DNA of 64,000 nucleotides from Octopus vulgaris (Eukaryota), in the NCBI GenBank assembly GCA_951406725.2, contig OX597817.1, positions 5,704,001 through 5,768,000 of the forward strand, read 5' to 3'. A program made the translations under genes and the position numbers. How positions within the stretch are numbered: position 1 is the stretch's first letter; each line of letters starts with the position of its first letter. The notes beneath the pieces are model-generated. The model had not been told where the DNA came from. It made no database searches and saw nothing but the letters and a program-made list of their open reading frames with translations. Below, one piece after another: positions 13,460 through 27,361 of this stretch.

Positions 13460-13690
13460 GGCGGCGAGATGGCAGAAGCGTTAGCACGCCGGGTGAAATG
13501 CTTAGCGGTATTTCGTCTGCCTCTACGTTCTGAGTTCAAATTCCGCCGAGGTCGACTTTGCCTTTCGTCCTTTCGGAGTCGATAAATTAAGTACCAGTTA
13601 CGCACTGGGGTTGATATAATCGACTTAATCCGTTTGTCTGTCCTTGTTTGTCCTCTCTGTGTTTAGGCCCTTGTGGGTAGTAAAGAAATA
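13460..13690 (+). mobile_element. Full-length SINE family A
   Basis: tRNA-like head ggcggcgagatggcagaagcgttagc, B-box, core and tail. Probable TSD tattgtaa(c/g)taaa at 13445-13457 and 13693-13705. Confidence 0.9.
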
Positions 13691-14710
13691 CTTATTGTAA
13701 GTAAACACCAGAGATTATTTTGACCGTTGCCTTATAGTCTTTGTCAAGCTATGCTCTGCCTACATTAGTAACAATAAATAAGAAATTTCATTCATTATAA
13801 TAATCATTCGATTAATCATTTGATCAGCCATTCATTAGGTCAATGGGCCTTCATCAAAACAAAACTTTGTGAGTATATGTATTTTTATGAGTGTAAACGT
13901 TTCTGTTCGTGTACGTGTTGGTGAAACTGGTTAAGTTTTTTGGGGGTTTTTTTTCCATGTGCAACCCTGAAATGTCTTGAGTAATTGCAAGTATTCCCTT
14001 GTACATTACTTGCTTGTGTTTATTCAACGTTCTTCGAACAGATGAAAAGTGAAGTCAAATCCAGCTGGATTTGAACCCTGCATTTAGAATGTTTTTTTTT
14101 TAATGCTCACGGTAATTTCTGCATCTGATTTCTCACTTCTGATTGGCTGTAGGTATATGCACACGTGCGTGTATATATCTGTATTCATGCATACACATAC
14201 GCATGCGTGAATACACATATGTATGTTCATGCATATGCATACACTCTCACACTCACACACACATAAATATTCACAGACCTTAGATGATCTGGGGAGAAGG
14301 GAAAGCGTTCACCAAATGGGTGTAGAAAAGATCAAATATCCCTTTAGGCTCTCACGAGTCAAGGAATATCCAAGATAAGTATGGAGCTTTGTTGCTGTTG
14401 TTTTCTTTCATTCAAGAATGGTAGATGTATTCGTCGGAATCAGCGATGAGGAACAAACGACTGAGGTGGAAGAACTAGAAAATGGTGAAACGTTAGCTGC
14501 CTTCTTTATTTCTTTCTTCCATTGTTTTTATTACGCGAGCGTTGCGCCTTTGAATCAGTTAAGCGTAGACAAGAATGTAGGAAAGTATTAGCAGAGCCGT
14601 AGCACTTCTGTGTTTCGGTGTAAAGTAGATGGGTTTTATGTATTTATTTATTCCTTCATTCGTCTTTGTAAAACCCACAATGAATACAGTAATGCGTGCG
14701 CGTGTGTGTA

Positions 14711-15102
14711 TCTATACAAATAAAGCTGAAGTTGTCTGTGCGTGGCAGGTTTCGTAGCCTTCAACTAACACTATCTCCTCCGAGACCCTGCGGCGCAAGT
14801 TGACCAAAATTGAGAGTATGGTAGAAGAAGGCTTGCCCTTCATTCCGTAGAGGATGAAATTAAAATCGAACCATGTTAACACCAAAAATTTTTTACATCA
14901 AAAAGGTGCTTTTTTTTCTATGAAAATCCCTATTTTTTTACGATTTTTTGATTGCTGCGTTACCATTTTTCGGTGTATTTCAACCAGAAAAATGTTCACT
15001 TAAAGAGAATAACAAGCTACATAATTCAAAATCTTTACTTTTCAAAAATTCCAATTCTAAAGGGTCAAAACAAACCCGAGAAACGCCGGGTGATACTGCT
15101 AG
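14711..15102 (+). mobile_element. Non-autonomous Helitron
   Basis: Starts TC after A. Ends with hairpin cccgagaaacgccggg then CTAG followed by T. No TSD. Confidence 0.8.
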
Positions 15103-15420
15103 TTCCTATATATATATTCGTACATAGCTTACGATGACGTCCGTCGCTGCTCGAAGTCGTTGCTTTCGTGCGTTCGTTTAGGTGGTCAGCATCATTCTCT
15201 CGACTTAAATTAATTAATGCATGAAAAAGAAATGAGATAATTGGAGTGGCAGCCGTATTATTTAGATTTAAATGAGTGATTAAATTCTACTACATTCATT
15301 GTTATTTTTTTCTCCCTCCCTCCCCGTTTCTCTCTCTTTCTCTCTCTTCATTTGTGCATTGAAGCTCATATACAAATACATTCTATCTGTCTAATTAGAT
15401 AGATAGATATAGATGAACCA

Positions 15421-15590
15421 ACTTCACGGCAGGAAGGTGCAGATGAGGGCAACTGCATCAAACTCTCTCATGCACCAAATGTCAATTTGCTAAAAAGCAT
15501 TCGTGAAGTAAAATCATGTAGCAACACCGAATGGCGGTGCCCCAGCATGGCCACAGCTCATGAGCTGGAACTAGATGAAATGAAATGAAG
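15421..15590 (+). mobile_element. CR1-group LINE extreme 3' end
   Basis: Encodes (DE)PTSRQE..MRATASNSLMHQM, like the 11460-11775 copy. Ends ggcggtgccccagcatggccacagctc plus a (gaaat)n tail. Confidence 0.7.
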
Positions 15591-16249
15591 AAAAAAAGGT
15601 AGGTAGGTAGATAGATAGATCGATAGATAGATAGATGTAGGTAGATAAACAGATACTTTTTGCGTATGTGCTGAAGAGTTCTGCTTGTGGTATTTATGTG
15701 ATAGAGATCCTGATGTCAGCCGTCATATGTTATGGAAGGGACAACTTAGAAGGTGACAGGGGGCTGTCAATATACATACATACATATACATATCTGTGTG
15801 TGTATATACATATGTGTGTTTGTGTGTGGTGTTATTGATGATGAGAGTGATTGGGAGGATGAGATATGATGGCAGTGTGCTTGTGCGTCATCGATTTCAG
15901 CGATTAATATGGTTTCCGTGGCGATGGTAACATTGGTGGTATCGATACTTAGATTGTAACATATGTTACGGCTTAAAGTTGTGTTCATTGGTAAAAGAGT
16001 CATTGGTGGTTTTGTTGGTTGAGATTATAATGGTGTTTACTGTGTGCGGTGGAAATTTTGTCAGCCCTAATAGCGTACGTCACAGAAGTTCGTCAGTTGA
16101 GTGGGTAGATGATATGTAGTGTTTAACTGCCCCAGGTGTATTATCTTTCCTACTTTTGAAAGATCATGGGGCTTGGACAATCTTAATCGGGTCATAGTGC
16201 TAGTTGCATGCATATACAGCTGCGTGCGTGCGCACATATACGCGAGTAC

Positions 16250-16531
16250 TGTCCAAATCTCCGACCAATCACAAACAGCTAACTGGAATTCAATTGGTGT
16301 ATCAAGTTTCGGTCATTTTGATTGGGTTTTGGATAGAAAATTCACAGAATGTCACTTCTATTGATTTTTTTAATGGCTTTGCGTAGTGACTGGGGAAATG
16401 TAAAGATATGCACGACCACCCTTGGACGGTTTTGAATGACCATAGAAAGTGCGAGCCCTCTAACTAAAGAATTGTTAATTTTTATAAAGGACACACACAC
16501 ACAGACATTTTGCCGTTTATATATAGAGAGA
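16250..16531 (-). mobile_element. Helitron-like 5' portion
   Basis: Minus strand starts TCtctctatatataaacggca..tgtctgtg, matching the 5' end of the 24972 Helitron. 3' end not identified. Confidence 0.5.
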
Positions 16532-17209
16532 TTATCTGACACGTCTCCGAAACGGCCCATCGATGAAACTTTTGGATCCATTGTACATTATTTTCGTATA
16601 TTAGTATGTCCGTTTAATGTTTTATAACTTCAAACTTTCCACTGGACTCGGTGTTGTAACGTGTGAATTTTCATTCCCTTGTATCTTATCGTGTAAATTA
16701 ATAATTCAGTATGTCTTATATTATATTGATGTTTTCTATTTTCCCTGCGTATTTATACATATTTATGAGTATTTTTAAATACCTACGATTCTTTATCTTA
16801 TATCATATCGACGTTTTTTTTTTATATCTATTTATGTGTATGTTTATATGTTTATATATTTTTATAATGCCTGCGTATTTTAAATTTTTGCGTGTTTTTA
16901 AATATTAAATATTTATATGTTTATATGTTTTTAATACTAATATTATTTCGAACTTTATATTGATTTATTAATGTCGAAGAAAGTGCACATATATATTGAA
17001 TATTCAATGACCTCTCTTCATTGAAGCCTAGTGTATCGAATGTCTTCTGCTTATAATATAAGATCGTATGACTTTAATGAGATTTGGCTACTATTTCTAG
17101 CAATGCTCTTTTATTAAATAACATTTCTGTGAAATTAGCAGAAATTATTGAAAGTCAGACTAAATCTATTTCAGTACTGAACTTAGGTGTCTTTAAATAA
17201 CAAATTACA

Positions 17210-17212
17210 TTT

Positions 17213-17278
<66 letters not shown>

Positions 17279-17325
17279 TTCCTTTCTTTCTTCCTTCCTT
17301 CCTTCCTTCCTTCCTTCCTTCCTTC

Positions 17326-17412
<87 letters not shown>

Positions 17413-17414
17413 TC
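17210..17414. repeat. (TTTC)n/(TTCC)n microsatellite
   Basis: Direct reading. Confidence 0.95.
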
Positions 17415-17770
17415 ACCTTCTATCTGTATCAGAGTTGATAGAATAAATACCAGTTATACAATGCGCCGATTTCAGTTACGGCAATATTGTTTTATTTTCA
17501 TTAGACCTTTGAAAGCAGCATGTTAGTGGAATGTAAAATGTATTGGATGAAAGCCTAGTAGTGCTTAGTTCCATCACTTTGCACTGTGTTTAAATACTGC
17601 CAAGGTTGATTTTGCCATTCTGTCCTAATTACCAGCAATGAATTTAGGTTGATTTAATACTCTACTTCTCTTTTCATGTTTTTACCTTACGCCAAAAAAA
17701 CATTTTCTAATGAAGATTTTTTTCTTTTAATATAATTTCAGGTAAGTTGCAAGAAAACAAGAAAATGTAA

Positions 17771-17806
<36 letters not shown>

Positions 17807-18139
17807 CGAGAAATGTGTTAAGTGATTCCCAGTAAGGTAAGGAATTTATCCAGAAGTTAATGTACACCGATTCTGGTGGTGCTGTTTAATTTTGAATTGA
17901 AAATTAATTAATACCATCAACATTGAAACGATATATAAATAGAAATGATACATGTGTACGGTAGATACCGAAACGACGTAGCCTAAGTGAATTTAATAGA
18001 AAACACATTCTTCCGGTTAGTGACAAACGGCTTTTCCTCATTGCTTTGAAATGAATACGTTTTTCTTTTTGTCTTTATCCTTATTTCAATCAATGGACAA
18101 CGGTCATGCTAAGACACTCAATGGTGGTTTACTCAAACA

Positions 18140-18415
18140 AATTGCCTCCATTACTTATATTTGGAACTTATTCTATCTGCCCTTCTTTGTGAAGTCCCTA
18201 AGTTACGAGAACATTGACACTGTTTGTCAATCAGTGGTGTGGAACAAGCACGATAGATATGCGGGCTTCTGCATGTCTCCATCTACCAAATTCACATACT
18301 AGACATTCGTCGACCTGGGACTGTAGCAGAAAATATTTGCTGAAGCTGCAGTGCAGTGGGACTGAACCCCAAAATACATGGTTACACAGAGAGTTTCTTA
18401 ACCACATAACCATGC
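18140..18415 (-). mobile_element. Degenerate SINE family B
   Basis: cagtgggactgaaccc...aaccacataaccatgcctg is the reverse complement of the tRNA-like head seen at 33053. Confidence 0.7.
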
Positions 18416-19189
18416 CTGGGTCTATGGTAAAAGAAAACCACGAGGATCTGAAGTATGTTGTCAGGTTTAAAATATACCCTTTCTTTGATATGAAGAACAA
18501 AACGGAAACGAGAAATTTGTTATGGCGATGGAGTGAAGTCACAGCTTCAAATAAATAAATGAGCTCAACTATATGCATCAAGTATATATTTCCCCCTCAT
18601 CTGTACATCTAAACATGCTTGCGTGTGCGTGTATGTACGAATTACAAGAGCAAAATGTATAATAAAACTAATGTACTTGTACTGTTTCTCGAAGCAGCTG
18701 AGGCGTTGCATGCAGTCAGCTTCATTCATTTTACTTTAACTACTTCATATTTTCGTAGAGAAGAGCAATTAATGAAGTATGGCCAGTTGTACAGGAAAAG
18801 TAGAAAATCTTGTACTCATCATTGCTGATGTGAATGAAAAACGGACATGTTTGATTTATATGTAATATATAACCGTAGGGGAAGATTATGACATTCGAAA
18901 GCATTGGATATGCTCTTATGCTTCGAAGTATGATAAATATTGTGGAGAAATACGTGAATAAAAATTTCGAATGTTTTGGCAGTCACTATTTTGATGTGTT
19001 CTTTCATAGGTGATGCTGTATGCAGTTAATTCAAGATACACGATTGCCTTTGAAATAGCTTGCGCATCGAAGCAGTTTTTTCTCCCAGATGTGAACTTTA
19101 TAAACAAATGTATATTGATGACCGCAAACGATATTTTCTCGCTAATCCTTAAAGCATTTGCAAACACGTGACGTTCAGTAAGTTGATGA

Positions 19190-19850
19190 ATTAATAGGTA
19201 ACTCTACTCAAAAGCAAAGTTAAGTTTTTTGCAGTATTTCCTGTCACAAGTGATGGACATATAAATATAAATGATGTGGCACTGAAAATATACATGTAGC
19301 AGAAACATTGAGGAACTGGTAATAATCTTCTAATTCTTACACAAGGACCGAAATTTGTGATAGGATCTAGTTGATTTCATAGACCCCAGTATTCAACTGG
19401 TCCTTATTGACTCTGAATAGATGAAAAGCTGAGTCGACCTAGGTGAAATCGGAACTTAAAATGTAAAGAGCCGGTAATTATGAAGACACCATCAACAAGG
19501 AGTGACAAAAGTAAAGGTAAATGTTAACTTGACACAAAATGTGAGTCTCGCTACAGATGGAGCACCGCAAATGAAATGTTTGAAAAATCGGCATGTCAAA
19601 AAGTATAATAGAAAATCTACCGTGAGCTCTGACCATCAATTATAAAATTTCCACTGCATCATGCATAAGGAAGTGTTCTACAGTTAGATATTAAAGATGG
19701 ATAATGTTGTGGAATATTATAAAGACAGTGAACTTCATATCCATGCGAAATCATAACCATACACCGTTCGACTGATTTTTGGAGGAAAATTTTAAGAAAC
19801 ACAGACTGATATATCACGCTTATGGTCACTAATTCAGTCGATTAAATTAG
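19190..19850 (+). pseudogene. Decayed hAT (Charlie/SPIN, GTF2IRD2-like) transposase interrupted by a SINE A remnant (~19320-19475)
   Basis: VSLATDGAPQM and FHCIMHKE..ILKMDNVV..IIKTVNFI match the hAT TDGAPxM and HCxxH motifs. Confidence 0.7.
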
Positions 19851-20279
19851 GGTCATCACCTTTGTGTCCAACTATCAGGACTCATCGCTAATCGCTACGC
19901 CATGTCTTTCTTCTCTAGATCGTCGACTCTCTTAAATTCCCTCCATGGTCGTATGTTTCCCACGAAATTCATTTTAGAGGGATTGAGCACAAATATTAAT
20001 GACATCTATCTCATGGATCTATGAATACCTGCAGTGACCATGAGGACTGCCCCTTTTGCCAGACGAGCAAGAGAAATAAGTGACTAAACATGACAGCACG
20101 TGAGTTGACGACGAAATGCCTAGTCGTTGTTGTTTAATTCCAGTTCTGTTCCGACTGAACTGGAATTAAACAGTTCAGACGTTCCAGTCATGGCAATCCA
20201 ACAATATTTTGAAATGATCGGGTTCGATTTCAGGGAAATTTAGATGTTATTTCTAACAAGACTAGTAACGATGTCCAGA

Positions 20280-20323
<44 letters not shown>

Positions 20324-20724
20324 CTAGCAGTATCGCCCGGCGTTGCTCGGGTTTGTAAGGGAAATAACTATATAAGCATTTTTAGAGATGTAAAGTATAA
20401 TAGCCATCTCAATATGGCTAACCACAAAGGGGTGGGTGGGTGTTACTGTAGCTTTTTACGTTCTGAGATTTAATAATACTTTTTAGAGAGTTACTTCCCT
20501 TATATATGCCAAAAATGCATTAAAAATGGGAAAAATTGATGGTAAATTCTTTTTAAAATCGTAGACTCATCGTAGACGCGCGCTAATACCCAGAAGGGCT
20601 CGATATGAATCACGACTATAAGATACCCGGTTTTGGTTAAACTGCACCGCAAAAATGTGGGAGTAGTTAGGAATCTAAATCGTAGGAGACAGACAGCACA
20701 CAACCTTACTTTTATATATAAAGA
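20324..20724 (-). mobile_element. Non-autonomous Helitron
   Basis: Minus strand TC...cccgagcaacgccgggcgatactgCTAG, inserted between A and T in (TA)n. Confidence 0.85.
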
Positions 20725-20925
20725 TATATATATATATATATATACACAAATTGAGATAGGGGTTATAAATGCAACCCTCTATGGGATAACGTATATCCAA
20801 TATACTGCTAGTGAAGTACCCAACAAAGTTAATACTTAAATGTTAATGATTGCGATGCAATCAATTCATTTACTGTATTATATGGGCAAAGGTAAAATGA
20901 TTTACCACAAATTACTAATACAACA

Positions 20926-21345
20926 TAAGAAAATGGAGAAATACATCTAAATCAAATATCAATTACCAGATAATACTCAATCACATACTTTATTAAACCA
21001 CCACATAAGAGACTGTAGGGTTAAATATAAAAAGCAGAACAAATCAGTGTACATAAAGGAACGTACATAAAAAAAGTGTACATAAAAGAGTAATGTTGTA
21101 TAATAAGTAGAATATATATAAAAAAGGATATAAATACAAGTAAATATAAATATAAGATTCTTTTTTATATATATTCTAATCATCATACAACATTACTCTT
21201 TTATGTACATTCCTTTATGTATACTGATTTGTTCTGCTTTTTATGTTTAACCCGACAGTCTCTTATGTGGTGGTTTAATAAAGTATGTGATTGAGTATTA
21301 TCTGGTAATTGATATTTGATTTAGATGTATTTCTCCATTTTCTTA
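20926..21345. repeat. Long inverted repeat (arms ~190-200 bp, ~27-nt spacer)
   Basis: 20926-21129 is the near-perfect reverse complement of 21157-21345. Confidence 0.92.
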
Positions 21346-23058
21346 GCTTATATATATATATAATGTCGTGTATCTTGCCCATGGAACTAGAGACATTCAA
21401 TTTTTAGTGTTCCATTATACAATATTGCAACTTGATAACTTTACTTCATACAGAATTACGACCAAAATTACGGTGTGAAAGAGGGAAACATAATCACCAG
21501 AGAAATTAAGTTTAACCTAACAATAAACAAATAAGCAAGAACAAATACACAAGGCTACACATTTTGTGGGATGGAATACTAACATTTTAATCTTCCCCAC
21601 TTGTGTTTGAATTTTGCTTCTTTTATCAAACTTAGTGAGAGATGGGAAATTAGATTCTCGGTGCATCCGAACTCAGACCATAGTAATATTGAATTCTAAC
21701 GCAGTCACATCGTTTCGCTCTTCGGGGATGGATTAGTCGATTAAAGAAATTTTTGTGCCTGTCTGATATTTTATTTTATCAACCCCTTCCCCTCGAAGAA
21801 GTCGAAGATAACTTTGGCGTGATTTGAATTCAGAATGAAAAGAAGCCCAGCTAAATACCGTGAAGACTTTTAGTTCACTGCTCAAATGATTCTACCAAAC
21901 CACTGCCGAGCGAAATAAGTTTATGACTGTCATTAAAGGAAACCATAGTGACCGATTGAAAGCATATTAGAAATAAATGATCGGTCACCGTGTATATAGG
22001 ACCGTGCTTTACGAAGCATATCAACGGTAGAACTATTCCTTCATTTACCTTCCTGCAAGCGGTTAACATCTGTTGGAAAATTCTACACCGGGAATAGTAA
22101 CGCACAAGAAATGCAATCTGCTCACATGTATATACACGCACGTGTGTATCAGCATATGTGTGGGTGTGTATAATGAGAGAAGTGAATCCAGCCTTGCATT
22201 TCCCCTTAAAGCACCCCCACCCCCACAGCGTATACTAATATTTCAAAATATCTTAACTTCCTCCCCGAATTGCCACTTCATTTCTTTCTCTTCTCTGAAC
22301 TCATGTTTTGCGGTGTGTCTGGAAATAAGATGATCTCTGTCAGAAAGCTCAATCCTCTAATTGTTTACTGTCTGTTGTTGTTCATAATATTGTTATGATA
22401 CATATAAAAACAAACAAAAGCAAGTAAGGAAAACATAATAATTCTGTCAAAATGCCAATCCGTTCCAGATAATTTCCCGGGTAACTGCAGTGTTTCAACC
22501 GTTGTAACCCGTCAGTCATTGATGCCAGCATGTTCATAAAAGCGATGGATATCGTTACTCACGTTGTTAGCGTCGCACACGCGCGTAAATGCGCACGTAG
22601 TTATAGCCATTTTGGGCCGGTGGTCTAGATTTTAGAATGCTGGGTTCTTGGTCATAGGGCCGTGAGTTTGATTCCTTGACAAGATGGTGCGTTCCCCATC
22701 GAGGCACGTCGCTCCACATTGCTTCAGTCCATTCAGTGTGCCCGCTGAGTGCTGTCACCTGCTTCTGTCTCTATTTGTTTCATCATCGATGTTCTATTAA
22801 GTTAAGAGCAGGAGGGATAACACGGTCTCAATGTCTGCTCGAGAGTGCATAGGCACCTAAAACGACTATGGAAACAGTGTGCGCACGCGCGCGGAATGCG
22901 AGACGTATCATCCGCAGGCTAATAGGATTCGGTGGCATGTACTATACTTTCACAATTGCTTTTGGTGCCCCTGCGTAGCCTCGAGAAGATACTGACAGCT
23001 TACTAACCTTCGAGACCGTGTGAACACAAAGTGAAAATCCAGAGTTGCAAGAGAGTGA

Positions 23059-23139
23059 TATATCTATCTATCTATCTATCTTTCTTCCTATCGATCTATC
23101 TATCTATCTACCTGTCTGTCTATCTATCTATCTTTATTC

Positions 23140-23179
<40 letters not shown>

Positions 23180-23315
23180 GTCTATCTATGTCTATGTATG
23201 TATGTATGTATCTGTCTCTGTATTTATCTGTCTATTTATCTATATGTCTATGTATCTATCTGTCTCTGTATGTATATATATTTTTATGTATCTTATCTAT
23301 CTATCTATCTATCTA
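23059..23315. repeat. (TATC)n-derived microsatellite
   Basis: Direct reading. Confidence 0.9.
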
Positions 23316-23679
23316 TGTGCGCACGTGTGTGTGCTTATGTATATGTTTTGTCTTTCCTCCTCCCTCGGGCAAACTATCGTAGCATCAAACAACGATTGTG
23401 ACTTCGCAGTAATTTTCGGTACCAATTTAAGCTGAAGCTCCCGCATAAACAGCAAGGTTGACACGGTCAGAATGGCTTGCTCCTGGATCCATAGGACTTT
23501 CCGTTCTAGGCATGGGCCTATCGTTCTCTTCTTCTGAATACTGTTGTCTGCTTTGGGTCCCTTAACGGAACATTGCATTATAAAACTTGAAGCATCCCAG
23601 TGATCAGTCACAAAATAATGATGGCATGACGGATCTTGATTACAGGAATATGCTCTAGAAGCTCAAAGCCTATTCATTC

Positions 23680-24110
23680 CAACTCCAGCCTGGGCTTTAT
23701 CATTTGTATGAGGCACAAAACATTTCATCAACATTGCCCAAATTATGTTGGCATCAACTTTAAAATATACCTAAGGTTAGATCCCCCGTACCATCCGTCC
23801 TCTGCCAAAATCATTATCGCGTTACATTACAACTCTAAGATACAATTATTTCACCTCGAATGGCCCTGCTCTCTTTAACATCTTTTCAAGTCATATAAAG
23901 GAAAATTTCATAACATTACAACGGTTTCTGGACGAATTCCTCTAACAAATTCCAGGTAAATCACCTACTCTTGGATATAACTCTGCACACGGTAAATCTA
24001 CATTCAAATGGGCTATAATTCCCAAAGTGTGACTATAACTTGAAACGTGATTAAGTGTCTTCTCTGGGTGGTGTTATTAAGTTAGTCATGGATTGGACCA
24101 ATTCTGGTTA
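23680..24110 (+). mobile_element. Old CR1-group LINE 3' fragment (second family)
   Basis: HCPNYVGINFK...FTSNGPALFNI...QRFLDEFL*QIPGKSPTLGY matches the CR1-group GPxLFNxLP...LDxFLxxIPDxP ending. Confidence 0.6.
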
Positions 24111-24118
24111 AAATCAAA

Positions 24119-24487
24119 ATTATTGATACTGCCATACATGAGGACGCATACGCAGGTGACAAAGTGCTGGAAAAATGGAAAAATAAAAGTTACTAAAAGA
24201 TGAAATTGCAAATGTGAGGGCTATTAAGAGAGTAACTGTCATCTCACTAGTTGTAGGGGCAAATGTGAGAAATAATGTTAGGGAAATTGGAATTTACATG
24301 AGGGTAGAGCATGCTCAAAAAATTATTCTGTTAGGGACAGCGAGGATTTTGAGATTGGTACTTAGGTGTTTATCGTGGAAAGAGACGCTCTGAGACCTTT
24401 GAGAATAAGTTGCTGTCCGCTCTTACAGAATTAACCGGAGGAAGTAAAGCCTAAATCTCTGTGAAATAAAATTGTTATAATGATGAT
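24119..24487 (+). mobile_element. R4/Dong LINE 3' end (restriction-like endonuclease C-terminus + 3' UTR)
   Basis: IIDTAIHED...KVLEK...LLKDEIA...KRVTVISLVVGA...QKIILLGTARILRLVL. Confidence 0.8.
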
Positions 24488-24924
24488 AGTTTCAAAATTT
24501 TGGTACACAAGTCCAACGATTATAAGGGGGAGAGGAAAGTCGATTTCATTGATCCCAGTACTTGAACTGGTATTTATTTTATCGACCTCAAAAAGTGAAC
24601 GGCAAAGCTGACCCCAGCAAGATTTGAATTCAGAACACGAAGGGCCCGAACTAATGCTGCATAACATTTTATCCACACTCTAACTCTTCTGCTAATTATC
24701 CGCCTTAATGTTAATAACGATGTTAATAATTTCCTGTGGGTACTCAAACGAATTGTTCTCACATTCTTACCGTTCCACTTGGTTTTGATACAATGCAGAG
24801 CATTCCATTGTTAATGTTTTCATTATATCTGAAATGTAGTCACATTTCAGTTCTATTATTTGCCACATACTAATGATAATTGTTTACATTGTTATACAAA
24901 GCAAACCCTACAGCCTACAGCAGA

Positions 24925-24971
<47 letters not shown>

Positions 24972-24976
<5 letters not shown>

Positions 24977-25353
24977 ATATATAAACGGCAGTTTGTCTGT
25001 GCGTGTTTCTGTGTGTCTGTTTGCTTGTACCCTCACCCTGACCACGGCTTTCAACCGATTCTGATGAAACTTGACACACACATAGCCCAATGTCATAATT
25101 CAAAACTAACGCAGCGAAAATTTTGAAAAGTTTCCCCACTTCTGAAAAAAATCGATAAATTCGACATGGGGTCGAGAATCAGGAATACGAACCACAAACT
25201 GTCTAGGGACGCAACTCTACCTTTTTTAAATCTCAAAAAAAAATTTACCATCATTTTTTTCCATTTTTTTGCTATTTTTTGCCTATAACTCTCTAAAAAT
25301 GCTTTATAGTTATTTCCCTTACAAACCTGAGCAACGCCGGGCGATACTGCTAG
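24972..25353 (+). mobile_element. Non-autonomous Helitron
   Basis: TC start, cctgagcaacgccgggcgatactgCTAG end, A|T target inside (TA)n. Confidence 0.85.
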
Positions 25354-27321
25354 TATATATATATATATATATATTTCCAGCCTTTCCTCCCACTTGAACT
25401 AAAGAAAGTGAAATAATGACATAAATTTCCCTCCAGCCTTAATCCCCCCCTCTACATACATGAATAAAATAAGAATAAAAGATCATCAGTAAAATTGATG
25501 ATTAATCTCTTGCATTTTTAATGGCTACTTATGTTGTCAACAACACCACTTATATTTATTTACTTGATCCCAAGCACTTGACTCTTGATAGTTCCTGTTT
25601 CAAGTTTTATTTTATTTTCGTGTTCGTATTGAAGGCTAGGTTTTTGTTCAGTTTTGAGGCTATATCTGGCTTGTTGGGAAGACAAATAGTCTCATTTCAT
25701 TTAGTTTACAAATTCTAAAAATAATTAGAGAAAAAATGTCGGTCAATCACTTTTGGCGGCTATTGTTCGTGCTTTTTATTTTCATGTTAAAATTAGATGA
25801 GAAGCAGTACTCGTAGCTTTTGCAATCTCTCAGACTCGTGAGATCCATGTGTCTAGGATAAAATTATTCAATCCGTTGTCTTTTGGAAAAGCTTCATGGG
25901 AAGTGTTTGTAGTGGAAGAATGTTTGGCAAAATCATGTTAGTGTGCGATACAAGAAGTGGGGTAACAAGAGTAGGATTTAACAAGTGTAGGGTGAGATGT
26001 GACTAAGGAGTATGCTGCCAACTAGTTCAGAGACAGAAGTTATTGTTGTGATAGAAGATCCATAAAGAAGGAACTGTAACTCTTAGATTTTGGTTGTAGC
26101 GAATTGGCAAGTGATTTTTTGAATGGCTTTTGTTCATATGTACATTGTTTCATCTCACATTAACCCTAAATAGTATTATGATGGAATATATGTTTCAGTG
26201 CTACCAATTTGTGTTTTATCCAGAAATATTGTGTATCTAGTACTACATTATCAATGTGATCTTCGATTTTTTTTTAAGGTAGAGGTATTCTTTGACAGGC
26301 ATTCGGCTGCTGTTTCCAACATATCAGGTGATTTCGTATGCTCTCCCTCCTTGGCTTGTGCACTCTAGTTATTTGTGTACATTGGTGTAACTTTGTCCCA
26401 TAGATATCGACAGTGTTACAGTAATAATTATATTTATGCTTTAAAGAGAGTCGAAAGCTGATTAGAGCTGACATACAGAATTTTATGACGCCAGCAAATT
26501 TAGCGTTAAAAACACATTTGTGACAATATTATATATATGGCATCTTCAAATTATTAAAATAGATGAATCAGCGAGGAACCTTCTACGTGGCCACTCGACC
26601 TGCTGGAAATAACGGCCAAATCTTCTTCAAATCTCATCCTACTCTCTTGAAAAATAATGTCTTAATTTCTTTTTTGTGCTGTCAAGTTAGGGCAATTTTG
26701 GTGACTTCCTTTGCAAGTACTATATGTGCTTGTCATGGAGTTATTTGTGTACTCCAAGAGTTTCCCGTCGCCTTCCGCCGGGATCTTTCGCGGATAAGGC
26801 ATTTTGTTTAAATATTTAGAATGTAATGATCTAGAGCAAATGGCGCTGCATATTTCGTTCTGCGCTTTAACGATTCCTTCATTTCACCGACCTTGTCTAT
26901 ATTTTATCGAATTCGCAAGAATGAAAGGCAAACTTGACTTCAAGGAACCTAAAGAGCTGTAGCAATCACGGCAAAGCAATTTATGCATCATGCCTCCTAC
27001 TCTGCCTCTTCACCACCTTAATATAGTTTTAGACACCTCGAAAATAATTGGATGGTCGCGGTTAGGTAGAGACTTATTTGGTCCAGAAGCTTTCTCGAAC
27101 AAAGTCGACCTGTGACCAAATAGCAACAACAACAATGGTCAAGAAATTGAAGCAAAGGATGAATATTCTTTGTCTAGATTGCACAAACAAATCTAGCAAT
27201 ATGACTTATCAGGGTCGTCTAAGCTATCACTGAACAAATTATGAATAGCAAACGATTGTTGTAATCCGGATTACAATCATCTTAGCTATCTTATGATATA
27301 TTAACATTATTACGATGTGTC

Positions 27322-27361
<40 letters not shown>

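Noticed and set aside
25750-26230. Possible very old hAT remnants (also ~29840-30200) and an L2-like remnant (~57400-57790)
   Set aside because: Only 4-6-residue motif echoes across frameshifts; cannot be supported without a profile search.
27259-27276. 18-bp perfect palindrome ttgtaatccggattacaa (similarly 46384-46404)
   Set aside because: Isolated, with no context implying function.
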